From Macrostomum lignano (lineage: Eukaryota), in contig NIVC01000881.1 in NCBI GenBank assembly GCA_002269645.1, positions 124,001 through 188,000 of the forward strand: a stretch of 64,000 nt of DNA, in the 5' to 3' direction. Under the pieces are notes generated by a model. It was not told where the DNA came from and did not search any database. It saw only the letters and a list, made by a program, of their open reading frames with translations. How positions within the stretch are numbered: the first letter of the stretch is position 1; each line of letters opens with the position of its first letter. Positions 36,601 to 47,355 of this stretch are shown piece after piece. A program made the position numbers and the translations under genes.

Positions 36601-39573
36601 ATGCGAATCTCCGTGAACTGCTCGTTTATACACAGGCTGCCATTCACAGCCGTGTAGGTGGCGGGCATGGGACAGCGCTGGCTGCTGCCGAGCACCTTGA
36701 GCAGCAGAGTTGACAGCAGCACTGCCGCAAGCTCGAATTGTGTCTGGTTCATCCTTGATTCTTGATTACTCAACCCGATAATCCAGTGGATAGATACTCA
36801 ACCCGATAATCCAGTGGATAGATACTCAACCCGATAATCCAGTGGATAGATACTCAACCCGATAATCCGGTGGATAGATACTCAACCCGATAATCCAGTG
36901 GATAGATACTCAACCCGATAATCCAGTGGATAGATATTCAACCCGATAATCCAGTGGATAGATAAATACTCAACCCGATAATCCAAAGGATAGATAGATA
37001 CTCAACTCGATAATCCGGTGGATAGATACTCAACCCGATAATCCTGTGGATAGATACTCAACCCGATAATCCAGTGGATAGATAGATACTCAACCTGATA
37101 ATCCAGTGGATAGATAGATACTCAACCCGATAATCCAGTAGATAGATACTCAACCCGATAATCCAGTGGATAGATACTCAACCCGATAATCCAGTGGATA
37201 GATAGATACTCAACCCGATAATCCAGTGGATAGATAGATACTCAACCCGATAATCCAGTGGATAGATAGATACTCAACACGATAATCCGGTTGATAGATA
37301 CTCAACCCGATAATCCGGTAGGTACGAGTATACGCCCGATGAAAAAGCCTACAAAATCTTACCTGCCCTCCTTGCCTTCCCAGTCAGAGCTGCAGGACTC
37401 GCTGGCCCAGCTGCGCACATTTCGCGACCAGCTGGAGACTGAGGTGAAGCTGAAAACTGAGCTGGAGAACCGGCTGCAGACAGCAAAAGAGGAGGCAGCC
37501 TTTCGCGACAGCCTGCTCAAAGAGGAGCGCAGTCGATTTCAAGAGCGCAGCGTCGTTATCGAGGAGGTCACCCGGAGTCAGGAGGCCGAGTTCGAGTCCC
37601 GCCTGTGCGAGGAGCTCCGCCGGGCCAGGCTGGAGGCTGACCAGTCCGCTGCCGAGTTCCGGCTCAATCTGGAGGCCACCTTCAAGGCCAAAATGGACGA
37701 GTTGCGATCCAGTTCGGACAAGTATTCGCAAGATGCCAGGTTCGTTAGTCTCGCTAATCCGCATTACACTATCGCTAATCCGCATTACACTATCGGTGAT
37801 CCGCATTACACTATCGCTAATCCGCATTACACTATCGGTGATCCGCATTACACTATCACTAATCCGCATTACGCCATCGCTAATCCGCATTACACTATCG
37901 CTAATCCGCATTACACTATCGCTAATCCGCATTACACTATCGCTAATCCGTATTACGCCATCGCTAATCCGCATTACACTATCGCTAATCCGCATTACAC
38001 TATCGCTAATCCGTGTCTGAGTCAATCCCACCCCGATGCACCCTACCCGCAGGAGCAGTCGCGAGGAGCTCCTCGAGCTTCGCCGCCGCCTAAACGACAG
38101 CGAGCTGGCCCTGGAGAAGGCGCTGAAGGAGGCGGAGCTGCTCCGCGCCAGCCAGTCCCGTCTGGAGGAGGCGCTGCGCCGGGAGCGGGAGAATTTCGAG
38201 CAGCAACTGGAATTCCTGCGCGAGGAGGAGCGCAAGAATCGGGAGCGGCTGGCCGAGCAGCTGGAGGAGTACAACATCCTGCTGACTAGCAAGCTGGCTC
38301 TGGACCAGGAGATCCTGGCCTACAGGCAGCTGCTGGAGGAGGAGCAGCGGCGCACCAATTATTCACCCCATCGGCACGGCGCCAAGCGACGCCGGTTGGG
38401 CAGCGGCGACGAATTTGATGAAGAATTCGAACGGCGGTACTCGGCCAGTCAGGAGCAGCGGGGCCCGATGCAATTGGCCGAGATCGATTCGGATGGCCAG
38501 TTTGTCCGGCTGAGAAACACCGGCGAGACTGAAGTCGGACTGGGCGGCTGGACTCTGCGTTGTTCGGCCGATGATGGGGCCCGGCGGTTTGAGTACCGCT
38601 TCCCGGCTAAGACTGCGGCGCCTGCGATGGCTGAGATCACCGTGAGTTGCCTGTTGATGATCGTTGTCAGTTGATGCTCATTGTCAGTTGATGCTCATTG
38701 TCAGTTGATGCTCATTGTCAGTTGATGCTCATTGTCAGTTGATGCTCATTGTCAGTTGATGCTCATTGTCAGTTGATGCTCATTGTCAGTTGATGCTCAT
38801 TGTCAGTTGATGCTCATTGTCAGTTTATGCTCATTGTCAGTTGATGATAACTTTAAATCTATGTTCCATGCGTCCATTAATGCAGGTGTGGAGCTCGGAC
38901 TCAGGCAAGACCGCCAAACCGCCCTTGGAGTTTGTCTCTAAGAGCACCGGCTTGGGCCAGGCTAACAGCTACGATGGTACTCTGCTGGACTCTCGGGGTC
39001 AGGTGCGTGCCAGACGCCTGCGTCTAAATTGTCGCGAACCAACTACTATTAGTAAACGGCCTCCTAAGAAACTACTCGATCACCTAAAAAATCGCCCCTC
39101 AACCACCCTAAAGAATCGCCCCTCAACCACCCTAAAGAATCGCCCCTCAACCACCCTAAAGAATCACCCCTCAACCACCCTAAAAAATCGCCCCTCAATC
39201 ACCCTAAGGAATCGCCCTCAACCACACATAAGAATCGCCCCTCAACCACCCTAAAGAATCGCCCCTCAACCACCCTAAAGAATCGCCCCTCAACCACCCT
39301 AAAGAATCACCCTTCAACCACCCTAAAAAATCGCCCCTCAATCACCCTAAGGAATCGCCCTCAACCACACATAAGAATCGCCCTTTAACCACCCTAAAGA
39401 AGCGCCCCTCAACCACACCAAGAATCGCTCCTGAACCACCCCACCCCCTCAACCGCGCCCCGCAGGAGGTGGCCTGGCGCAAGCTGCGCGCCGATTTCCA
39501 GCGCCAAATCCTTACTGGGAAGCGGCGCCTCCGAGCGGGAGAGTCGGGTGACCAGCGGTGCAGCATCATGTGA
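33664..39573 (+). CDS. lmn: Nuclear lamin, 665 aa, 6 exons, ending in CaaX CSIM
   Basis: Exons 33664-34286, 34587-34791, 37384-37739, 38053-38641, 38886-39002 and 39466-39573 (1998 nt, phases consistent). Motifs: RSPLAISR, LAHLNTKLACYIEFVR, KLALDQEILAYRQLLEEE, NLS AKRRRL, LTD (DSDGQFVRLRN...LGGWTL...ITVWS), C-terminal CSIM. Confidence 0.95.
34798..35495. repeat. 22-bp minisatellite GTGTGGGATCACTCTGTCCACC at the 5' end of lamin intron 2
   Basis: About 32 units starting about 7 nt after the donor. Confidence 0.93.
35898..36752 (-). CDS. Secreted PAN/Apple plus C-type lectin protein (251 aa) nested antisense in lamin intron 2
   Basis: Exons 36752-36521, 36492-36220 and 36148-35898. Signal peptide MNQTQFELAAVLLSTLLLKVLGSS; PAN-like SELECSLKCNARPFCQAFS; CTLD WQEARERC...LWLGG...WYWAD...WGWAQPDN...LND...ICK. 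The model needs a 28-nt first intron. Confidence 0.8.
36765..37320. repeat. 28-bp (+GATA variants) minisatellite GATAGATACTCAACCCGATAATCCAGTG
   Basis: About 19 units between the lectin ATG and lamin exon 3. Confidence 0.93.
37752..38013. repeat. 21-bp minisatellite GCTAATCCGCATTACACTATC in lamin intron 3
   Basis: About 12 units occupying most of a 313-bp intron. Confidence 0.93.
38653..38846. repeat. 17-bp minisatellite TGATGCTCATTGTCAGT in lamin intron 4
   Basis: About 11 units in a 244-bp intron. Confidence 0.93.
39085..39455. repeat. 24-bp minisatellite AAAGAATCGCCCCTCAACCACCCT in lamin intron 5
   Basis: About 15 units that decay into the acceptor CCCCGCAG. Confidence 0.92.
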
Positions 39574-39949
39574 CCGCCTGAGACTCTGTGCTCTGGTTTC
39601 GTCCTCTGCTCTGTTTCTCCTCCGGCTCATGAAATCTTTGCTTCCGTCTTGCAGCTAATAGTTTTATTGAAAGTACTGCACTGGCTCCAGTTTTATCCTC
39701 ACCCTGCTTGACACATTTCCGTTTCCATTGCTGTCATTTTTTAAACTTCCCTGGCAGCATTGCGCGATCATTTGGCTCAATTAGACCGATTCTCTGGCTA
39801 CTTGCAGTAGCGTGTCTGCGTGTCTATTTATTTGCGGTGCTGATACAAACGTATGAACAGTTTTGCAACCATTTTTTTATTTTAGACAAGTATTTTCATT
39901 ATTCAATTTTTCTTCTATTCTATCCAGCCAGTCATGTTTTTTAGAGTTC

Positions 39950-39955
39950 AATAAA
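39950..39955 (+). promoter_or_regulatory. Candidate lamin polyadenylation signal
   Basis: AATAAA about 376 nt after the lamin stop, followed by a T-rich tract. Confidence 0.45.
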
Positions 39956-40208
39956 CTTAGTCGCTTATTTTTCTTTTCAATGGATTTTTATTAGCTGTGC
40001 TAGCTATCAATCAATTTTTAAGCACAAAGACTCCGGATTCAGTCTTTGTTGTGTGTGTGTGCTTGAACTGCGCTAGTCGCCAGGTTGTGAGTTTGACCAA
40101 TATAGCCAATTCTTGTCCTTGAATAACTTGGCCAATTATAAGTGGGTTGGGTTAAGAAAAATTCCATCCTTTCTAAGTTGTAAACAAATCCAAATCAATT
40201 TTTCTACG

Positions 40209-40738
40209 TTGAGGGTCAATCAGAAAATCGATATTTTCTGGGGCAGTTGAGGGTCAATCAGAAAATCGATATTTTCTGGGGCAGTTGAGGGTCAATCAGA
40301 AAATCGATATTTTCTGGGGCAGTTGAGGGTCAATCAGAAAATCGATATTTTCTGGGGCAGTTGAGGGTCAATCAGAAAATCGATATTTTCTGGGGCAGTT
40401 GAGGGTCAATCAGAAAATCGATATTTTCTGGGGCAGTTGAGGGTCAATCAGAAAATCGATATTTTCTGGGGCAGTTGAGGGTCAATCAGAAAATCGATGT
40501 TTTCTGGGGCAGTTGAGGGTCAATCAGAAAATCGATATTTTCTGGGGCAGTTAGAGGGTCAATCAGAAAATCGATATTTTCTGGGGCAGTTAGAGGGTCA
40601 ATCAGAAAATCGATATTTTCTGGGGCAGTTAGAGGGTCAATCAGAAAATCGATATTTTCTGGGGCAGTTAGAGGGTCAATCAGAAAATCGATATTTTCTG
40701 GGGCAGTTGAAGGTCAATCAGAAAATCGATATTTTCTG
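40209..40738. repeat. 38/39-bp minisatellite with internal palindrome CAGAAAAT-CGAT-ATTTTCTG
   Basis: About 14 near-identical units with no variable spacers. Confidence 0.95.
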
Positions 40739-41194
40739 TGGGGTAGTGGGCCCATCAGAAAATCTCATTTCTCCGCCCGTTTTAATCAGGCCAATCGTTT
40801 CTGTGTCCAATTAAAAAAATTTACATTAAATTGTCCGATAACGTATTGTACTGATCAGCTCCCTACGCTTAGTTGCCGTGTGCCAGTGTGATTTCTAATC
40901 ATTAGTACAATCGTACAGAATTATTTCCTACTACTAGCTACTACTGATAAGTAGTATAATTTGTATCTCAGCTATTTTTTTGAAAAAAAAGTAAATTTTT
41001 TGTTTCCAATTGCCAACTTTGTGTCACAAGCATTGATCCGATCGTCCTGCAGCTGCGGTTTTTGTTTCTCTATTCTGTGTCTTCTTTTTTAAGCACTCGA
41101 TAATAAAATTTTGCTCAAAACCGCCATTTTCAAAAGGGACAATTTCCTGCCAAGTGTTTCCTGCAATCTGTGTTTTGCAAGCGGCACTCATTTC

Positions 41195-42048
41195 CAGACA
41201 CACATGGGCTAGCACAGACACACATGGGCTAGCACAGACACACATGGGCTAGCACAGACACACATAAAGGGTAGCACAGACACACATGGGCTAGCACAGA
41301 CACACATGGGCTAGCACAGTCACACATAAAGGGTAGCACAGACACACATGGGCTAGCACAGACACACATAAAGGGTAGCACAGACACACATGGGCTAGCA
41401 CAGACACACACAGGCTAGCACAGACACACATGGGCTAGCACAGACACACACAGGCTAGCACAGACACACATGGGCTAGCACAGACACACATGGGCTAGCA
41501 CAGACACACATAAAGGGTAGCACAGACACACATGGGCTAGCACAGACACACATGGGCTAGCACAGACACACATGGGCTAGCACAGACACACATAAAGGGT
41601 ACACAGACACACATAAAGGGTAACACAGACACACAAAGGGTAGCACAGACACACATAAAGGGTAACACAGACACACATAAAGGCTAGCACAGACACACAT
41701 AAAGGCTAGCACAGACACACGTAAAGGGTAACACAGACACACATAAAGGGTAGCACAAACACACACAGGCTAGCACAGACACACACAGGCTAGCACAGAC
41801 ACACACAGGCTAGCACAGACACACACAGGCTAGCACAGACACACATAGGCTAGCACAGGCTAGCACAGACACACACAGGCTAGCACAGACACACACAGGC
41901 TAGCACAGACACACATAGGCTAGCACAGGCTAGCACAGACACACACAGGCTAGCACAGACACACACAGGCTAGCACAGACACACATAGGCTAGCACAGGC
42001 TAGCACAGACACACACAGGCTAACACAGACACACACAGGCTAGCACAG
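41195..42048. repeat. 20-bp minisatellite GCACAGACACACATGGGCTA (left arm of an inverted pair)
   Basis: Visible array with ATAAAGGGTAG and ACAGGCTAG variants. Confidence 0.95.
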
Positions 42049-42949
42049 CATTAGCCAAAGCAGTGCTTCTACCAGCTATCAGGCGACCCGGCACGAGGAC
42101 TAAGCAAGACTGGAAGCCCTAAAACCTGTAGCAAAAGTCCAGCATCATCTGCAGGAATTTTAGCCAGCTTTTTCGGCGCCGTAACCCACAATTTCGGACA
42201 AGTGAATGTCGCCCCCCACCCTGAAATTGAAGCAATAAAAACCATTTCGCTGGCCAGACGGTCAGGAAAAATGAAACCACAACACAAAAGAAGAAAAGGA
42301 AAGCGCAGCGGTGACAGGGGAAGCCAGTCGGTCTCCTTGTAAAACAGGAGAAAAAGCAAGAAGCAGAGTGAGACGCACAAGAAAAATACTACCTCTGCCG
42401 CCGAATTTCTGCAATGCATTTTGCGGATGCCTCTCTCTATCTTCTACATGTAGCTTCTTGTCACCGCTTAGCGGTGGAAAATATCCCTCACTGGTCGATT
42501 CCCCTCTCTGCCCCCCCCCGCAGGCAATCCAATTAAGCCCGTGGTCCCCTCGGTTCTATTTTCAAAGGATCTTGGACTTTGGTCTGTCTGTCTGTCTCCT
42601 TCCCAGTTGGGAGAGCAGTCAGTGATCAGCTGACTGACTTTTGAAAAAAAATGACTGTTGAATTCAGGGTCCCATGCTAATTTATTATATTCTAGCGGTC
42701 GTGTCCCCTTAGGACACTTATTTTATCGGTTGTTAGAATCAATTCTTGTTGAAGTCACCGAGTCCTATGTGAGTGCAATGAGTAATTAACAATCAGGGTG
42801 GCACCAAAGGCGATCTTGAGCTGTACTCACTGAGCGCTGTGTTATATGTAGCTGTTTCTCTGGTTACGGTTTGTCTCTCGCCCTCTCCATCTCGGTTCCT
42901 TTCTCTCCTTCATTTTTTTCTCTCGTCTAACCACTAATCTCTCTGCATG

Positions 42950-43856
42950 GAACCCTCTCTTCTCTGCCTCTCCCTTCATCCTCCCGCAGTTCTTTCCCAC
43001 TCCCTTTCCTATACAGCTCTCCTTCCCTACATCTCCCTCTCTCCCTTTGCCTCTTTCAATCTCCTCTCTCCCTCCCCTCTTACTCTCCCTCTCCCACTCT
43101 CCCTCTCTCTCTCCCTGATCTCTCCCCCTCCTCCACTCTCACTCTTCCATTCTCACTCTCCCTCTCCCTCACCCCCTCTCTCCCTCATTCCCTCTCCCTC
43201 TCTCCCTCTCCCACTCATTCACTCTCCATCTCTCCCCCTCCCACTCAGTCACTCTCCCTCTCTCCCTCTCCCACTCACTCACTCTCCCTCTCCCACTCAG
43301 TCACTCTCCCTCTCTCCCCCTCCCACTAACTCACTCTCCCTCTCTCTCCCTCCCACTCACTCACTCTCCCTCTCTCCCTCTCCCACTCAGTCACTCTCCC
43401 TCTCTCTCCCTCCCACTCACTCTCCCTCTCTCCCACTCACTCACTCTCCCTCTCTCCCTCTCCCACTCAGTCACTCTCCCTCTCTCTCCCTCCCACTCAC
43501 TCTCCCTCTCTCCCACTCACTCACTCTCCCTCTCTCCCTCTCCCACTCAGTCACTCTCCCTCTCCCTCTCCCACTCAGTCACTCTCCCTCTCCCCCTCCC
43601 ACTCAGTCACTCTCCCTCTCCCTCTCTCCCTCTCCCACTCACTCACTCTCCCTCTCTCCCACTCACTCACTCTCCCTCTCTCCCTCTCCCACTCAGTCAC
43701 TCTCCCTCTCCCCCTCCCACTCAGTCACTCTCCCTCTCCCTCTCTCCCTCTCCCACTCACTCACTCTCCCTCTCTCCCTCTCCCACTCACTCACTCTTCC
43801 TCTCCCACTCTCCCTCTCCCTCTCCCACTCTCCCTCTCTCACTCTCACTCTCCCTC
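42950..43856. repeat. CT-rich low-complexity repeat (CTCACTCTCCCTCTCCCA-like)
   Basis: Polypyrimidine array; source of the SLSLSP ORF. Confidence 0.9.
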
Positions 43857-44624
43857 GTGCTTCAGGTAATCGCTCCATATCGCCATCTTCCCTCACCCTG
43901 CCTCAGCCTCCTTTCCACTCCATTTCAATATCTGCCTCTCCCTCTCGCTTTTATATTCCACACGCCTCGGATCGAACCGCCCTGGCACCCCGTTGTCCCT
44001 CTTCGCTTCCCTCTCGCCCCCCAAATAATCGATTTGTAAAAGACAGCGCGCGGACTGTTACTGGCAGCTCGGGGCCTGCCTCCAGCGCTCCCGATGGGAT
44101 CAAGGGAAAGTATTTAGAGCCACAGAGCTGTCACTGCAGTCCCCAGCTAGAAGGAGCAAGCAGGCAAGGCATATCGACTGTGGCTGCCCAGTTGAAATCG
44201 GCAGTTGCCAAAGAGGGCAGGGCATATCTAGAGTTAGTTGGGAATGCCGCGACCTCAAAGCCACACACTCAAGTGCACAAAAATATCCCCATTAGATCCC
44301 TCATCCCAGCGGGCACTGAGATCCCCACAAAAGCCTGTCTCAGTAGCATCGATGCGAAATGCAAAAAAATTTCTTTCAAGTGTGAATAAGCGCAAATGAG
44401 CTCAAAGCGTTTTTGAGCTGTCAGTCAGGGCTCGGATCAATCCCTATATCCTAGGTTTTTTCATTAATCCCCTCTGCACAAGATAATCCCCTTCCACTAG
44501 ATTTGGCTGCAGTTGATGGCCAAGTCTTCTTTGCTCAGATCTCTACTCGTATCCTCTCGATATTCTCCGCTCCTTAATCCCCCTCCTCTCAACTCAGCCT
44601 TACTAAAATGCATTTCTTAATGTC

Positions 44625-45000
44625 ACCCCTCATCTTTTAATCTCACTCCCTCATTTTTTAATCTCACCCCCTCATCTGTTAATCTCACCCTCTCATCTGT
44701 TAATCTCACCCCCTCATCTGTTATTCTCACCCCTCATCTGTTAATCTCACCCCCTCATCTGTTAATCTCACCCTCATCTGTTAATCTCACCCCCCTCATC
44801 TGTTAATCTCACCCCTCATCTGTTAATCTCACCCACTCATATGTTAATCTCACCCCCTCATCTTTTAATCTCACCCCCTCATCTGTTAATCTCACCCCTC
44901 ATCTTTTAATCTCACCCATCATATGTTAATCTCACCCCCTCATCTTTTAATCTCACCCCCTCATCTGTTAGTCTCACCCCTCATCTTTTAATCTCACCCC
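44625..45000. repeat. ~20-bp minisatellite CTCATCTGTTAATCTCACCC
   Basis: About 18 units with a variable C run. Confidence 0.9.
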
Positions 45001-45765
45001 ACTTTTCCCCTCCCCTCTCTTGCATGTACATTTCTAGCCCTCCTGTACTTACGCCATGTACTTCACTCTCCCATCAAGTCGGTTATTTTACAAGCCCCAA
45101 ATTCAACAGCTGAGACTTTTCGAGCTTCTCTGTCTCGAAACCAAACAACTGCAGCCGAGCTCACTCTATCCAGCATCCAGAAAGCTACATCTTCCTCTCG
45201 CCTGCCCGCACACGCTGATGAGTGTGATGTCCAGCCACATCAGGCCGCGAATTCGAAACCGCGGATCCCGTTGCACTGCTAATGTGCACTGCCGGGTATT
45301 TCTCTGGCCCCGCCCAGCCCCGCCAGTCAGATCTCAATAATGAGAATCTGCATCAGGATTAATCAGCTCGCCTTCTACCCTTAGCCTGCAGCTACCCTAA
45401 CCATACTCACCCCCTTATAGTCCGCGTCCTCGTGTCCGTAAGCCCAATAAAAGCTCGCCTTTTTTAGCGGTTTGATGCGCCCGTCCACAGACGAAGACAG
45501 ATCGGTTCTGTAATATATTAACTGCAGCAGCTGCGGAGGCTGGGCCCGCGAGCACTGAAGGATGAGACAGGCTTGGCAGCATGCGGAGACGAAATCTGAA
45601 ATGTTGAACTTGCCTCTCCCCCCATTTCAATAAAACGCATGAAACCAAAAGGGGCGAAACAGTTTGCTCTCTACCCGATTTCCGCTCGATAGGCCATCCA
45701 CCTTGACTGTCCTTGCCTCTCTTGTGTGTGCACTTTTGTATCGGCACTTTGAACTGCCCGTCATC

Positions 45766-47004
45766 ATGTGTGTCTGTGCTAGCCCATGTGTGTCTGTGCT
45801 ATCCCATGTGTGTCTGTGCTATCCCATGTGTGTCTGTGCTAGCCCATGTGTGTCTGTGCTATCCCATGTGTGTCTGTGCTATCCCATGTGTGTCTGTGCT
45901 AGCCCATGTGTGTCTGTGCTATCCCATGTGTGTCTGTGCTATCCCATGTGTGTCTGTGCTAGCCCATGTGTATCTGTGCTAGCCCATGTGTGTCTGTGCT
46001 AGCTCATGTGTGTCTGTGCTCGCCCATGTGTGTCTGTGCTAGCCCATGTGTGTCTGTGCTCGCCCATGTGTGTCTGTGCTAGCCCATGTGTGTCTGTGCT
46101 AGCCCATGTGTCTGTGCTCGCCCATGTGTGTCTGTGCTAGCCCATGTGTGTCTGTGCTATCCCATGTGTGTCTGTGCTAGCCTATGTGTGTCTGTGCTAG
46201 CCCATGTGTCTGTGCTCGCCCATGTGTGTCTGTACTAGCTCATGTGTGTCTGTGCTAGCCCATGTGTGTCTGTGCTAGCCCATGTGTCTGTGCTAGCCCA
46301 TGTGTGTCTGTGCTAGCTCATGTGTGTCTGTGCTAGCTCATGTGTGTCTGTGCTAGCCCATGTGTGTCTGTGCTAGCTCATGTGTGTCTGTGCTAGCCCA
46401 TGTGTGTCTGTGCTAGCCTATGTGTGTCTGTGCTAGCCCATGTGTCTGTGCTAGCCCATGTGTGTCTGTGCTAGCTCATGTGTGTCTGTGCTAGCTCATG
46501 TGTGTCTGTGCTAGCCCATGTGTGTCTGTGCTAGCTCATGTGTGTCTGTGCTAGCCCATGTGTGTCTGTGCTAGCCTATGTGTGTCTGTGCTAGCCTATG
46601 TGTGTCTGTGCTAGCCTATGTGTGTCTGTGCTAGCCCATGTGTGTCTGTGCTATCTCATGTGTGTCTGTGCTAGCCCATGTGTGTCTGTGCTATCTCATG
46701 TGTGTCTGTGCTCGCCCATGTGTGTCTGTGCTAGCCTGTGTGTGTCTGTGCTAGCCCATGTGTCTGTGCTAGCCTGTGTGTGTCTGTGCTCGCCCATGTG
46801 TGTCTGTGCTAGCCTGTGTGTGTCTGTGCTAGCCCATGTGTCTGTGCTAGCCCATGTGTGTCTGTGCTAGCTCATGTGTGTCTGTGCTAGCTCATGTGTG
46901 TCTGTGCTAGCCCATGTGTGTCTGTGCTAGCCCATGTGTCTGTGCTAGCCCATGTGTGTCTGTGCTACCCTTTATGTGTGTCTGTGCTAGCCCATGTGTG
47001 TCTG
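45766..47004. repeat. 20-bp minisatellite TAGCCCATGTGTGTCTGTGC (reverse complement of the 41.2-kb array)
   Basis: Same unit in opposite orientation, including one CTACCCTTTAT variant near the outer end. Confidence 0.95.
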
Positions 47005-47355
47005 TGGCTTCTGTAGCAGTGGCCATCGAGGCACCCATTAGTACTGCGGATGGAATGGCAACATGCGATAACGGCTCAAAGAGCTGGAGTCGTGTTCTAG
47101 TAGCTAAATTACGAATCTGACTTGAAAGGAAGGGTGGCGAGCCACAGGCCTGCGCACCCTGCAGCCAATCCCAGCCAAGCAGAAAAATGCGAGGAGAATG
47201 GCAGACAGCACTGACCGTGTCCTATAAAAGCTGGTTTAAGCTGAAAGAGTTGGTCGGACATTTTGCTTTATTAGTTGCTGCTTACTTTGTTTTTTGTCTT
47301 CTTCTTCTCGTCTTCATCTTCTAGTGGAAGAGCGGCTCTGAGCGGCTGTCCCGGC

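Noticed and set aside
40209-40738. CRISPR-like array (38-bp palindromic repeat)
   Set aside because: Units are head-to-tail with no unique spacers, there are no cas genes, and the context is eukaryotic.
42947-44389. 480-aa Ser/Leu/Pro-rich ORF
   Set aside because: Mostly CT low-complexity sequence, and the unique tail shows no recognisable domain.
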